Part shown: positions 20,301-28,765 of the stretch, piece after piece
Numbering within the stretch: position 1 is the stretch's first letter
How the letters are laid out: every line of letters starts with the position of its first letter
Source: Alteraurantiacibacter sp.
Lineage (GTDB): Bacteria; Pseudomonadota; Alphaproteobacteria; Sphingomonadales; Sphingomonadaceae
DNA: 64,000 nt
Assembly (NCBI GenBank): GCA_039927835.1
Contig: JBDSUF010000035.1
Span: 83,453-147,452 of the forward strand
Reading direction: 5' to 3'
The notes under the pieces: model-generated
What the model saw: the letters and a program-made list of their open reading frames with translations, nothing else
The model's database searches: none
What the model was told of the DNA's origin: nothing
Program-made: the position numbers and the translations under genes

Positions 20301-20835
20301 GGCAGGAGATGCGATCGACATCACCCTCGCGATCAAGGCTTACGCGCGGGTCGATGCGGATGATGTCGCGAACGTCGCGGTTAATCGACGGGAATGCTTC
20401 CATGGTCTCCGTAGAAAACGCCAGGCCGGGGCCGACTGCGACCTGGGTGGCGCGCACGCGCGCACCGGTGACTACGATCACGCCGCCGCCGCTCGAAAGG
20501 GTGAAGGTCAGGCTGGTGTTACCCTGCAGCGAAGTGATGATGTCGTTGATCGTCTGGCCTTCAAAGCCGGGCGCGGTGACTTCGACGGTGTAGGGGCCGC
20601 CGGTGACCAGGCTGTTGGCGCTGAAGCCGCCGCCATCGCCGGTGGTGAAGGTGCGGGTCGCGCCGGTGCGGGTGTCGGTCACGACCACGCTGGCGCCGCT
20701 GACTGGTGCGCCTGTTTCGTCGCTGACGGTGCCCTCGATGCCCGAGGTGATTTGCTGCGCTGCAACCTGCGGGGCAATGGCCGTGGCCGCAGCAATGCTG
20801 GCAAGGCTCGCGGCCAGGTAAAACTTGATCTTCAT
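17383..20835 (-). CDS. Oar-type TonB-dependent receptor with carboxypeptidase-regulatory-like N-domain
   Basis: Signal peptide MKIKFYLAAS..., QQITSGIEGTV N-domain, IVVTG, NVVTKSGANDFHGSAF, C-terminal RYEF. Start re-assigned to 20835. Confidence 0.92.
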   Translation of the reverse strand: MKIKFYLAASLASIAAATAIAPQVAAQQITSGIEGTVSDETGAPVSGASVVVTDTRTGATRTFTTGDGGGFSANSLVTGGPYTVEVTAPGFEGQTINDIITSLQGNTSLTFTLSSGGGVIVVTGARVRATQVAVGPGLAFSTETMEAFPSINRDVRDIIRIDPRVSLDREGDVDRISCLGGNDRTNTFTVDGITQADSFGLNGTPFAARNALPLPFDVIRETSVEFAPFDVEYSDFTGCLVNVVTKSGANDFHGSAFFTYRDQSLRGSTVDGQDFTPAPFQEKRWGATLSGPIVEDRLFFFLGYEQTDLGDSNDFGPAGSGFPSEARFVSQTQFDQFAQVANDVYGQDIGGFPASLPESSIRYFGRIDAYITDNHRLELTYQRLEEENVYSDTGSNELTGYNSFGLEGTLSNYYSGRLFSEWTEDFSTEVRVSRSEVGDRQDPVGFGEAQSDSPTVRLVVGVRGPGADGVAGNADDVNGLLSTGPGLSRSANQLDTQLGQYKFQANWNNGDHRVKIGAELNDLEVYNLFAQNATGTLFFRNLSDFSQGLVASSTGTPNPFGTADDLASGANGGAVIAATDSGDINDAAARFERRIWSLYAQDEWQATDRLSVIAGLRAQWYRGSAPRENPNFIARYGFSNAVSFSDLDPIFMPRLGLTYEVEDGAFLRNTVFKGGLGVFSGGDPVVYFSNAFSNNGYSTGVGTSTASLCNGLRNAQGQFDVVTGSAFTGMPACVIAAARTQSGAGLADTQSTDPNFKVPTVWRANLGIDTTFDVGGGFFDSWRFNLDYVYSHFVDPLNFVDLSQVVDPRLGLGGYTVDGRPIYRAIDPTRAGCDATLVDTGGTPPRYTNVTAACFGTSRDDEIQLTNGPSYDSHIVSLILSKSFASGLFTETGGTSVSFGYAFTDSNNFRNANSSTATSSFDESGEFDRNNPDVGTSNYETRHRFTAAINFREDFYEDFATQLGLFFSAQSGRPYTLTFDGGSSTAIFMDTASGSDNARLYIPTGPTDPNLSPNSNAAAVSSLLAYLDDLGCADGYEGRTVARNTCTEDWVYDLDLRISQEVPGPGHFFGLEDRIELFADVDNVLNILDSSWNTQRSRGVFGDGQIVDLVDGNFDAQGRYVITDFNPDDQERINTSASAWRIQIGARYEF

Positions 20836-20900
20836 GTCGAGTGGGCTCCCCGTCTGGAACTTTTTTCCTGAATGACTGGCATCGCCGCTATGGGTGGCTT

Positions 20901-20918
20901 GTGACAAACGCAAGACAG
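20901..20918 (-). promoter_or_regulatory. Pho-box-like direct repeat CTGTCTT-GCGT-TTGTCAC
   Basis: Two half-sites at 11-bp period, 66 nt upstream of the receptor ATG; an extra CTGTCAC half-site at 20944-20950. Confidence 0.45.
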
Positions 20919-21057
20919 CGACTTGGCGGGATATTCGCCGGTTGTGACAGAATATTTCCGAATTGTTACAAGGGTAATTAATTCGCTGGAAATTCAATGA
21001 TCTTCGTGTGTTGCCGCACTGCAACAGGGTGCAAAATAGTTACGTCGTCCACTATTT

Positions 21058-21993
21058 TCACGTCAGCTTGATCTCGCGCAGGCGTTGCTGGAGGTATTCC
21101 TCGGCCGTGATCGGGGGCAGCGGCGGGTGCTGCGAATCGACGAATTTGGCCATTGGTTCGATCAGGAAATCGGGCCGGAAGTGGAGGAAGAACGGCATCG
21201 AGTAGCGCGGCCGTTGCGCTGCCTCGCCGACCGGGTTCATCACCCGGTGCGAGGTGGAGCGCAGGTGGCCGTTGGTCAGTCGTTGCAGCATGTCGCCGAT
21301 GTTGACCACCAAGGCGCCTTCGGGCGGGGCGACCCAGATCCATTCGTCCTCGGCGGTCTTGAGTTGCAGGCCCGATTCCTCGGCCCCGAGCAGCAGCGTG
21401 ATGGTGTTGATGTCCTCGTGCGCGGCGGCCCGGATAGCGCCTTCGGGCGCGGCCGAGCCATTGGCGGCGGCGAGCGGCGGATAATGCAGCAGGCGCATCA
21501 CCGAATTGCCCTTGTCAACCGATGCAGCGAAGAAGTCGGGAGCCTCGCCCAGGCTCAGCGCGATGGCTTCGAGAATGCGCTGGCCGCTGGCTTCGAAGGC
21601 GGCGTAGATCTCCTCCATCGTCTCGCGGAAGCCCGGAACTTCGCTCGGCCACACGTTGGGCGCCATGAACTGTTCGAGCGGATCGCCCGGCGGCAGCGTG
21701 CGGCCCACGTGCCAGAATTCCTTGAGGTCGATCACCGTCGCGTCCTTGGCCTGCTCGGTGCCGAACGGGGTGTAGCCGCGCGCGCCGCCTTTGCCCGCCA
21801 GGCGGTACTGGCGCTTCACCTCCTCCGGCAGGGCGAAGAAGGCGCGGCACATGGCCCAGGCGCGGGCGATCAGGTCAGCTGGAATGCCGTGATCGCGCAC
21901 CACGCCGAAGCCGGTCTCGGCAAACGAGCGGCCCAGTTCGTCGGCGATCTCCTCCAGCGGGCGGTCGAGCGAGACGGAAGCGATGGTGGGCAT
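21058..21993 (-). CDS. 2OG-Fe(II) dioxygenase (IPNS/DIOX_N family)
   Basis: GFGVVRDHGI, RGYTPFG, RLLHYPP, HED (HxD), HRV and RYS (RxS) motifs. Confidence 0.9.
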   Translation of the reverse strand: MPTIASVSLDRPLEEIADELGRSFAETGFGVVRDHGIPADLIARAWAMCRAFFALPEEVKRQYRLAGKGGARGYTPFGTEQAKDATVIDLKEFWHVGRTLPPGDPLEQFMAPNVWPSEVPGFRETMEEIYAAFEASGQRILEAIALSLGEAPDFFAASVDKGNSVMRLLHYPPLAAANGSAAPEGAIRAAAHEDINTITLLLGAEESGLQLKTAEDEWIWVAPPEGALVVNIGDMLQRLTNGHLRSTSHRVMNPVGEAAQRPRYSMPFFLHFRPDFLIEPMAKFVDSQHPPLPPITAEEYLQQRLREIKLT

Positions 21994-22012
21994 TGTCGTT
22001 GAAGTCCTTCGA

Positions 22013-23338
22013 TCACACGGGCAGGAGCAGGCCGGCCAGCGCGGCGCTCATCAGGTTGGCAAGGGTACCTGCGGCGAGCGCCTTGAGGCCCAGGCGGGCG
22101 ATCACCGGGCGCTGGTTGGGGGCGAGGCCGCCGGTCACCGCCATCTGGATGGCGATCGAGCTCAAGTTGGCAAATCCGCACAGCGCGAAGACCACGATCG
22201 AGCGGCTCCGTTCGCTCAGCGCATCGGCCGGCAGGCCCTGCAGGTCGATAAAGGCGACGAATTCGTTGAGGACCATCTTGGTGCCGAACAGCCCGCCGGC
22301 CACTTGCGCCTCCTGCCAAGGAATGCCCAGCAGCAGCATGACGGGGGCGAGCACGTGGCCGAGCAGGCCCTGGAAGGTGAGGTCCGGAAAGCCGACCAGC
22401 CCGCCCAGCCAGCCGAGCAGGCCGTTCGCCAGAGCCACCAGCGCCACGAAGGCCAGCACCATCGCGCCCACCGACACCGCCAGCTTGAGCCCGGTCTGCG
22501 CGCCTTGTGCGGCCGCCTCGATGATGTTGGCCGCGCCTTCGTCGTGATCGTCGAGCGTTTCGGCCACGGTGACCTCGTGCGGTTTCGAGCCGCCTTCGGT
22601 AATCGCCGCCGGCCCTTCGGCGCTGATCCGCCCATGCGGCAATTCCACTTCGGCTGAGTGCGTATGCAGCGGCGGGCCATCGTCTGGCATCATGATCTTG
22701 GCCATCAGAATGCCGCCAGGGGCGGACATGAAGGCGGCCGCGAGCAGGGCAGGGAGGTAGGCGTTGCCCAGCAGCCCGGCGTAGGCGGCCAGGATCGTGC
22801 CCGCGACCCCCGCCATGCCCACGGTCATCAGCGTGAAGATGCCCGAGGGGGTCATGGCCGCAAGATAGGGCCGCACGACCAAGGGACTTTCCGACTGGCC
22901 GACGAAGATGTTGGCCGCCGCGCCGAGCGCCTCCACCCGGTCGATCCCGGTAATCCACCCGATCGCGCCGCCAAGCCAGCGCACGATGCGTTGCATGATG
23001 CCGAGGTGGTAGAGGATCGAGACCAGCGCAGCGAAGAAGATGATCACCGGCAGCGCGCCCACGGCGAAGGTCCCGGCCAAGGGGTTGTTTTCGGGCGAGC
23101 CGAGCAGGAAGGCGGTGCCCTCGCCGGCATAGGAGAGCAGCGCCGCCACCCCGTTGGCCAGCGTCTGGATCACCGCCGCGCCGCCGGTGGTGCGGAGGAT
23201 CAGCAGCGCCAGCCCCGCCTGCAGCGCAAAGGCCGCGCCGACCACGCGCAGGCGGACGCGCTTGCGGCCACTCGACAGGAGCACGGCGAAAGCCAGGATC
23301 GCGACGATCCCGATCAGGCTGATCACTTGCGGTTGCAC
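22013..23338 (-). CDS. nupC: NupC/NupG (CNT) nucleoside transporter
   Basis: [47 protein letters not shown] start at 23338 with AGGAG upstream. Confidence 0.92.
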   Translation of the reverse strand: MQPQVISLIGIVAILAFAVLLSSGRKRVRLRVVGAAFALQAGLALLILRTTGGAAVIQTLANGVAALLSYAGEGTAFLLGSPENNPLAGTFAVGALPVIIFFAALVSILYHLGIMQRIVRWLGGAIGWITGIDRVEALGAAANIFVGQSESPLVVRPYLAAMTPSGIFTLMTVGMAGVAGTILAAYAGLLGNAYLPALLAAAFMSAPGGILMAKIMMPDDGPPLHTHSAEVELPHGRISAEGPAAITEGGSKPHEVTVAETLDDHDEGAANIIEAAAQGAQTGLKLAVSVGAMVLAFVALVALANGLLGWLGGLVGFPDLTFQGLLGHVLAPVMLLLGIPWQEAQVAGGLFGTKMVLNEFVAFIDLQGLPADALSERSRSIVVFALCGFANLSSIAIQMAVTGGLAPNQRPVIARLGLKALAAGTLANLMSAALAGLLLPV

Positions 23339-23439
23339 ACCCACTCCTGCCCCTTATGGAAAGCAGCTTCATCGCCGGGCCTGCCGTAAAGGTCAACGGC
23401 GGGCTTGCTGGAATTGCCAAGCAACCCTAGCAAGGCGGC

Positions 23440-24096
23440 ATGACTGAAGCACCCGTCACGCCTGCCGCTCCCGTGATCCAGCGTCCGCTGCTGATGCTGG
23501 CGCTGCTCTATGGCGGGATGACCTGCATCGCCGGCGTGCTGGGATCGAAGCAGGTGGCGCTGGGCCCGCTGGCGGTGGAGGCGGGGATCTTCCCGTTCCT
23601 GCTGCTGGTGTCGATCTCCAGCACCGTGGCGCAGCTTTACGGGCGCGCGATGGCGAACAGCGTGGTGCGCTTCGGCTTCATTCCGCTGACCACCGCAATC
23701 GTGTTGACCTGGTTGGTGCTGCAGTTGCCGACCGATGAGGGCATGTACGAGCCCGCCAAGGAGGCTTTCCCGATCATCCTGGCGCAAAGCGGCCGCCTGA
23801 TGGTCGCCGGGATCATCGCTTACGGCGTGTCGATGTGGCTCAACGTGCAGCTGTTTTCGAAGCTGGCGGGCGTGATGGGTCAGGGCGCGCAAGTGCGCGG
23901 GGCCATTGCCTCGATGCTGAGCCAGGTGGTCGATACGCTGATCTTCATCACCATTGCCTTTTATGGCGTGCGCCCGATCGGCGAACTGCTGCTGGGCCAG
24001 GCGCTGTCGAAGGTGGTGCTGTCCCTGGTGTTCGTGCCGCTGGTGATCACTGGGCTGCTGGCGCTTGCCCGGCGGATGGAGCGGAACGCGCAGTAG
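23440..24096 (+). CDS. yhhQ: Queuosine precursor transporter (YhhQ/VUT family)
   Basis: Multi-TM protein with KQV, EAGIFPF and SMLSQVVDTLIFITIAFYG, characteristic of the VUT family. Confidence 0.85.
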   Translation: MTEAPVTPAAPVIQRPLLMLALLYGGMTCIAGVLGSKQVALGPLAVEAGIFPFLLLVSISSTVAQLYGRAMANSVVRFGFIPLTTAIVLTWLVLQLPTDEGMYEPAKEAFPIILAQSGRLMVAGIIAYGVSMWLNVQLFSKLAGVMGQGAQVRGAIASMLSQVVDTLIFITIAFYGVRPIGELLLGQALSKVVLSLVFVPLVITGLLALARRMERNAQ

Positions 24097-24195
24097 CCGT
24101 GACGCGGACTGTGACCTTTGCCATAAGGATTTGATTCATAACACGTTTGCCAAAGATTCGTGGCGGATGAGTGTGACCTTCCGTGAACCCTGCCA

Positions 24196-26178
24196 CTATC
24201 GTCGGCGCAGCAGGTCGACCCGCCTAGCCACGGCAGGCTCGGTCAGCAGATCACCAGTCGGCCCGGCCATTCGCCGACGCCAGTTGGGATGTTCCACAGT
24301 GGTGCCGGGCAGGTTGGGTTGCTCATCCAGTCCCAGCAGGTCTTCCAGCGGCACGATCGCGAGTTCGCAAAGCGCTTTGGCGACATGGTCGATGACAGCG
24401 TCGACCACCGGATCGGGTTCGTCCGGTGCGGGGCGGTCGCTCCCGCCGGTCAGCGTGGCCCATAACAGGCCGCGGTCCCAGTCGCGCACGCTCTCTGCCT
24501 CCGCGCGCGTGACCCCTTCCGGCAGACGACCGAGCGCCTCGGCCCAATCGAGATCGCGCCCGCGCCACCAGCCCGCCACCGTCTGCACATCGTGGGTGCC
24601 CGACATGGCGACCGACAGCTGCGGATAATCGTGCGCGCCGATAAAGCCATCGTCCGCCGCCCGCTCGAACCACAGCACGCGCATGCCCAGCATTCGGCTG
24701 CGGGTGATCGCCTCGACAAAGCCATAGGGCGCGGTGCCCAGATCCTCGGCAATCACCACCGCCCCGGCGCGGTGCGCCTCCAGCACGGTCAGCCGCAGCA
24801 GGTCGTCGAACGGATAGGTCAGGTATGCACCATCGGCCGCCGTCCCGCCGTGCGGCACGACCCACAGCCGGGCGAGACCAAAGGCGTGGTCGATGCGGAT
24901 GCCGCCCGCATGCGCCAGCGCCGACCGCAGCAAAGCGATCCACGGGGCATAGGCGTGCGCCTTCAACCCGCGCGGGGAATAGCCGGTGAGGCCCCAGTTC
25001 TGCCCGTGCGGACCCAGCGGATCGGGCGGGGCGCCGATGGTGAGGCCGTGCAGCATGGCCTCGCGCATGGCCCACGCATCGCTGCCGCCGGGGCGCACAC
25101 CGACGGCGAGATCGGCGATCAGGCCCACCGCCATCCCGGCCGCACGGGCATTGGCTTGCACCTTGTCCAGGCTGGTGCGGGCGAGCCATTGGACGAAACG
25201 GTGGAACGCCACCTCGTCCTCGTTCTCGCGGGCGAATGAGAGCGCAGCGGCACCGTGCGGGTGGTGGAATGCGGCGGGCCACTGGTCCCATCCGTCGAGC
25301 CCCTGCGGACGGAAATGCGTGTCGAGCGTATCGAACAACGCATGGTGCGACAGGGGCTCTCCCCGCGCGGCGCAGTCCTGGGCGATGGCGGCATGTTGCG
25401 CAGGATCGAGCCCAGCGAACAGCGCCCGCAGATCAGCCATGCGGTGCGGCAGAACTTCGCCCCATTCGATCAGCCCACCGCCGGGGTGATGCGGCAGGGG
25501 AGGCAGGCCCGCCAGCACCGGATCGCCCAGCGCGCCGTTGAGGAACAATCGGCTCGAGGGCGAGTAGGGGCTGAAATCGGACCCCGTGCCGGGAAAGATC
25601 GCGTGGACCGGGCTGATCGCCGCCGCATCGGCGCCGCGCGCGGCAAAGGCCTGCACCGCGTCGTCAAGCTCGGCGAATGTGCCATAGGCCCCCGCCTGCG
25701 CGCCTCGCAGTGATGGTATCTGCACCGATGGCCCCCACATCCGCGAGCTGCCAAGGTCTGCCGGTGTGGGGCAGGCCGAGGGGGCGACGGCAAGGGTGAA
25801 GGTTACCGGCTGGCCACCATTTGGAACCGTCGCGTAAAGCTCGAAATAACCCGGCATGTCGAGCGGAGGCAGCAATCCTCCGGTCACGTGGAGGACGCTG
25901 GTTGCGCCGTCCTCGCCGGTCAATTCGACCGCTCCGTCGGCCAGCGGCACCGGCGTCGGCAAGCCCGTTTCGGTCACCACCATGCGCGGTGGGGAAGCGT
26001 GTTCCCGGGCGATCTGGTCAAGGCTGCCAGCGATCTGGGCCGCGCTGTCGCAGGCATAGCCCAAGGCCGCCAGCACGGCTGCCAGCCGCGTGTCTTCGAC
26101 CAGCGTTTCGTGCCCGTCGACGTCGCGCCATTGGCGCACCACGCCGGCCGCTTCGGCGAGCCTGTGCAACTGATCGAT
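24196..26178 (-). CDS. malQ: 4-alpha-glucanotransferase (GH77); start codon uncertain
   Basis: SPYSPSSRLF, DLAVG, RIDH, AEDLG and THD catalytic motifs. The best SD (GGGAGG) precedes an ATC at 26178; alternatives are TTG at 26169 or ATG at 26274. Confidence 0.88.
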   Translation of the reverse strand: MDQLHRLAEAAGVVRQWRDVDGHETLVEDTRLAAVLAALGYACDSAAQIAGSLDQIAREHASPPRMVVTETGLPTPVPLADGAVELTGEDGATSVLHVTGGLLPPLDMPGYFELYATVPNGGQPVTFTLAVAPSACPTPADLGSSRMWGPSVQIPSLRGAQAGAYGTFAELDDAVQAFAARGADAAAISPVHAIFPGTGSDFSPYSPSSRLFLNGALGDPVLAGLPPLPHHPGGGLIEWGEVLPHRMADLRALFAGLDPAQHAAIAQDCAARGEPLSHHALFDTLDTHFRPQGLDGWDQWPAAFHHPHGAAALSFARENEDEVAFHRFVQWLARTSLDKVQANARAAGMAVGLIADLAVGVRPGGSDAWAMREAMLHGLTIGAPPDPLGPHGQNWGLTGYSPRGLKAHAYAPWIALLRSALAHAGGIRIDHAFGLARLWVVPHGGTAADGAYLTYPFDDLLRLTVLEAHRAGAVVIAEDLGTAPYGFVEAITRSRMLGMRVLWFERAADDGFIGAHDYPQLSVAMSGTHDVQTVAGWWRGRDLDWAEALGRLPEGVTRAEAESVRDWDRGLLWATLTGGSDRPAPDEPDPVVDAVIDHVAKALCELAIVPLEDLLGLDEQPNLPGTTVEHPNWRRRMAGPTGDLLTEPAVARRVDLLRRR

Positions 26179-26248
26179 GCGAGCCTCCCATGATCGGATG
26201 CGATTGGTCGTGGCCGTCCAATCGCAACAAAACGCTTCTGCCGCGATA

Positions 26249-26263
26249 TTGTGCATTGCAGCA
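26249..26263. promoter_or_regulatory. PhaR-like site TTGTGCATTGCAGCA in the malQ/glgP divergent region
   Basis: Matches TGCRNYGCASMA on both strands. Confidence 0.5.
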
Positions 26264-26350
26264 AGTGGTTTCATCAGCTTAGGCTCTGCGCGGGAGAATG
26301 GCCTGAACAGATCCCCGGTTCCCAGCCGGGCTTATTGGAGTGACTGCCTC

Positions 26351-28765
26351 GTGCCAGCCCAGCTTGATCCCAAAACCAGCCAGATCGATGACCTGATCGT
26401 CGATATCCTGCGCCACCGCGTCGGCAAGGACGAACGCGCCGCCAAGCCGCATGACTGGTTCACGGCCACGGTGCTGGCGCTGCGCGATGCGGTGATCGAC
26501 CGGTGGATGGAAAGCACGCGGCGCACTTATGACCAGCGCGGCAAGCGGGTCTATTACCTCAGCCTCGAATTCCTCATCGGCCGGCTGCTGCGCGATGCGC
26601 TGTCGAACATGGGCATGACGCGCGAGATGGAAGTGGCGCTGCGCAGCCACGGGTTCGACCTGCTCGAACTGGAGAAGCTGGAGCCCGATGCGGCGCTCGG
26701 CAACGGCGGCCTCGGGCGGCTCGCGGCGTGTTTCATGGAGAGCTTGGCCAGCCTCGATATCCCCGCTTACGGCTATGGCATCCGCTATGTGAACGGCATG
26801 TTCCGCCAGGCGATCGACGACGGCTGGCAGCGCGAACTGCCCGAAACCTGGCTGGCGCACGGCAACCCGTGGGAGTTCGAGCGGCGCGAAAGCTCGTACC
26901 TGATCGGCTTCGGCGGCGAGGTGCGGCCCAATGGCGACAACGTGGAATGGCAACCGGCCGAGCGGGTCGAGGCGACTGCGGTCGATACCCCGGTGGTCGG
27001 CTGGCGCGGCAAGCGCGTCAACACGCTGCGATTGTGGACCGCCGTGGCGCTCGATCCGATCCGCCTCGATGCCTTCAACGCCGGCGATTACCAGACCGCG
27101 CTGGCCGAGGAAGTGCGCGCCGACACGCTGGTGCGCGTGCTCTATCCGGCCGATTCCAGCCCAGCCGGGCAGGAGCTGCGGCTGCGGCAGGAGTACTTCT
27201 TCACTTCCGCGTCGATCCAGGACATCGTCCGCCGCCATGTGCAGTACGAAGGCGACGTGCGGACCTTGCCCGATCATGCGGCAATCCAGATGAACGATAC
27301 GCATCCGGCCGTGGCCGTGGCCGAGTTGATGCGGCTGCTGGTCGATGTCCACGGGCTGGAGTTCGACGAAGCGCTTGACGTAACCCGCCGCACGCTCGGC
27401 TATACCAACCATACTCTGCTGCCCGAGGCGCTGGAGAGCTGGCCGCTGCCGCTGTTCGAGCGGCTGCTGCCGCGCCACATGCAAATCGTCTATGCGATCA
27501 ACAGCCGCGTGTTGCGAGAGGCGCACAAGGCCGGGCTGGATAACGCATCCGTTTCGGCCATCAGCCTGATCGACGAGGCGGGTGAGCGCCGCGTGCGCAT
27601 GGCCAACCTGGCCTTCACCGGCTCGCACAGCGTCAACGGCGTGGCCGCGCTGCACACCGAACTGATGAAGCAGACGGTGTTTGCCGACCTGCACAAGCTC
27701 TATCCGGACCGGATCAACAACAAGACCAACGGCGTCACCCCGCGCCGCTGGCTGCAGCAGTGCAATCCGGGTTTGGTGGCGACGCTGAAGGACGCCATCG
27801 GCGATGCCTTCCTCGACGATGCCGAGAAGCTGTCCGAGCTCAACCCGCTGGCCGACGACGCCATGCTGGGCGAACGGATCGCCGAGGTGAAGCGCGCCAA
27901 CAAGGTGGCGCTCGCCAGCCACCTGAAGGAGCTGACCGGCATTCGCCTTAACCCCGATGCGCTGTTCGACGTGCAGATCAAGCGCATCCATGAATACAAG
28001 CGGCAGCTGCTCAACCTGATCGAGACGGTGGCGCTGTACGACCAGATCCGCAGCCACCCGGAGCGTGACTGGGTGCCGCGCGTGAAGATCTTCGGCGGCA
28101 AGGCGGCGAGTAGCTATCACAACGCCAAGCTGATCATCAAATTGGCCAACGACATCGCCCGGCGGGTCAACTCCGATCCCTCGGTCGGCGGGCTGCTCAA
28201 GGTGGTGTTCGTGCCCAATTACAACGTCAGCCTGGCCGAGCGGATCATTCCGGCGGCGGACCTGTCCGAGCAGATTTCGACTGCCGGGCTGGAGGCATCG
28301 GGCACCGGCAACATGAAGTTTGCTCTCAATGGGGCGCTGACCATCGGCACGCTCGATGGCGCCAATATCGAGATCAAGGACCATGTCGGCGATGAGAACA
28401 TCATCATCTTCGGCCTGACCGCGGATGAGGTCGCCGCCAAGCGCGCCGAGGGCTACAACCCGCGCGCCGTCATCGAAGGCAGCCGCGAGTTGAAGCAGGC
28501 GATCGAGGCGATTGCCTCGGGTGTGTTCTCGCCCGACGATCCGCAGCGCTATGCCGGACTGATGGGCGGGCTGTACGACAGCGACTGGTTCATGGTCGCG
28601 GCTGATTTCGATGGCTATGCCGCCGCCCAGCGCGAGGTTGACCGCCGGTGGCAGGATCAGGCAGGGTGGCGCGCGTCGGCCATCAGGAACATTGCCAATG
28701 TTGGCTGGTTCTCGTCCGACCGCACGATCGGCGAATATGCGCGCGACATCTGGGGAGTTTTGTGA
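26351..28765 (+). CDS. glgP: Glycogen/starch phosphorylase
   Basis: YYLSLEFLIGR, GNGGLGRLAACF, NDTHP, KRIHEYKRQ, EASGTGNMK. GTG start at 26351 after GGAG. Confidence 0.96.
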   Translation: MPAQLDPKTSQIDDLIVDILRHRVGKDERAAKPHDWFTATVLALRDAVIDRWMESTRRTYDQRGKRVYYLSLEFLIGRLLRDALSNMGMTREMEVALRSHGFDLLELEKLEPDAALGNGGLGRLAACFMESLASLDIPAYGYGIRYVNGMFRQAIDDGWQRELPETWLAHGNPWEFERRESSYLIGFGGEVRPNGDNVEWQPAERVEATAVDTPVVGWRGKRVNTLRLWTAVALDPIRLDAFNAGDYQTALAEEVRADTLVRVLYPADSSPAGQELRLRQEYFFTSASIQDIVRRHVQYEGDVRTLPDHAAIQMNDTHPAVAVAELMRLLVDVHGLEFDEALDVTRRTLGYTNHTLLPEALESWPLPLFERLLPRHMQIVYAINSRVLREAHKAGLDNASVSAISLIDEAGERRVRMANLAFTGSHSVNGVAALHTELMKQTVFADLHKLYPDRINNKTNGVTPRRWLQQCNPGLVATLKDAIGDAFLDDAEKLSELNPLADDAMLGERIAEVKRANKVALASHLKELTGIRLNPDALFDVQIKRIHEYKRQLLNLIETVALYDQIRSHPERDWVPRVKIFGGKAASSYHNAKLIIKLANDIARRVNSDPSVGGLLKVVFVPNYNVSLAERIIPAADLSEQISTAGLEASGTGNMKFALNGALTIGTLDGANIEIKDHVGDENIIIFGLTADEVAAKRAEGYNPRAVIEGSRELKQAIEAIASGVFSPDDPQRYAGLMGGLYDSDWFMVAADFDGYAAAQREVDRRWQDQAGWRASAIRNIANVGWFSSDRTIGEYARDIWGVL

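Noticed and set aside
23345-23439. preQ1 riboswitch upstream of yhhQ
   Set aside because: An imperfect hairpin exists (23405-23433), but I see no preQ1-type loop or A-rich tail; an Rfam scan would settle it.
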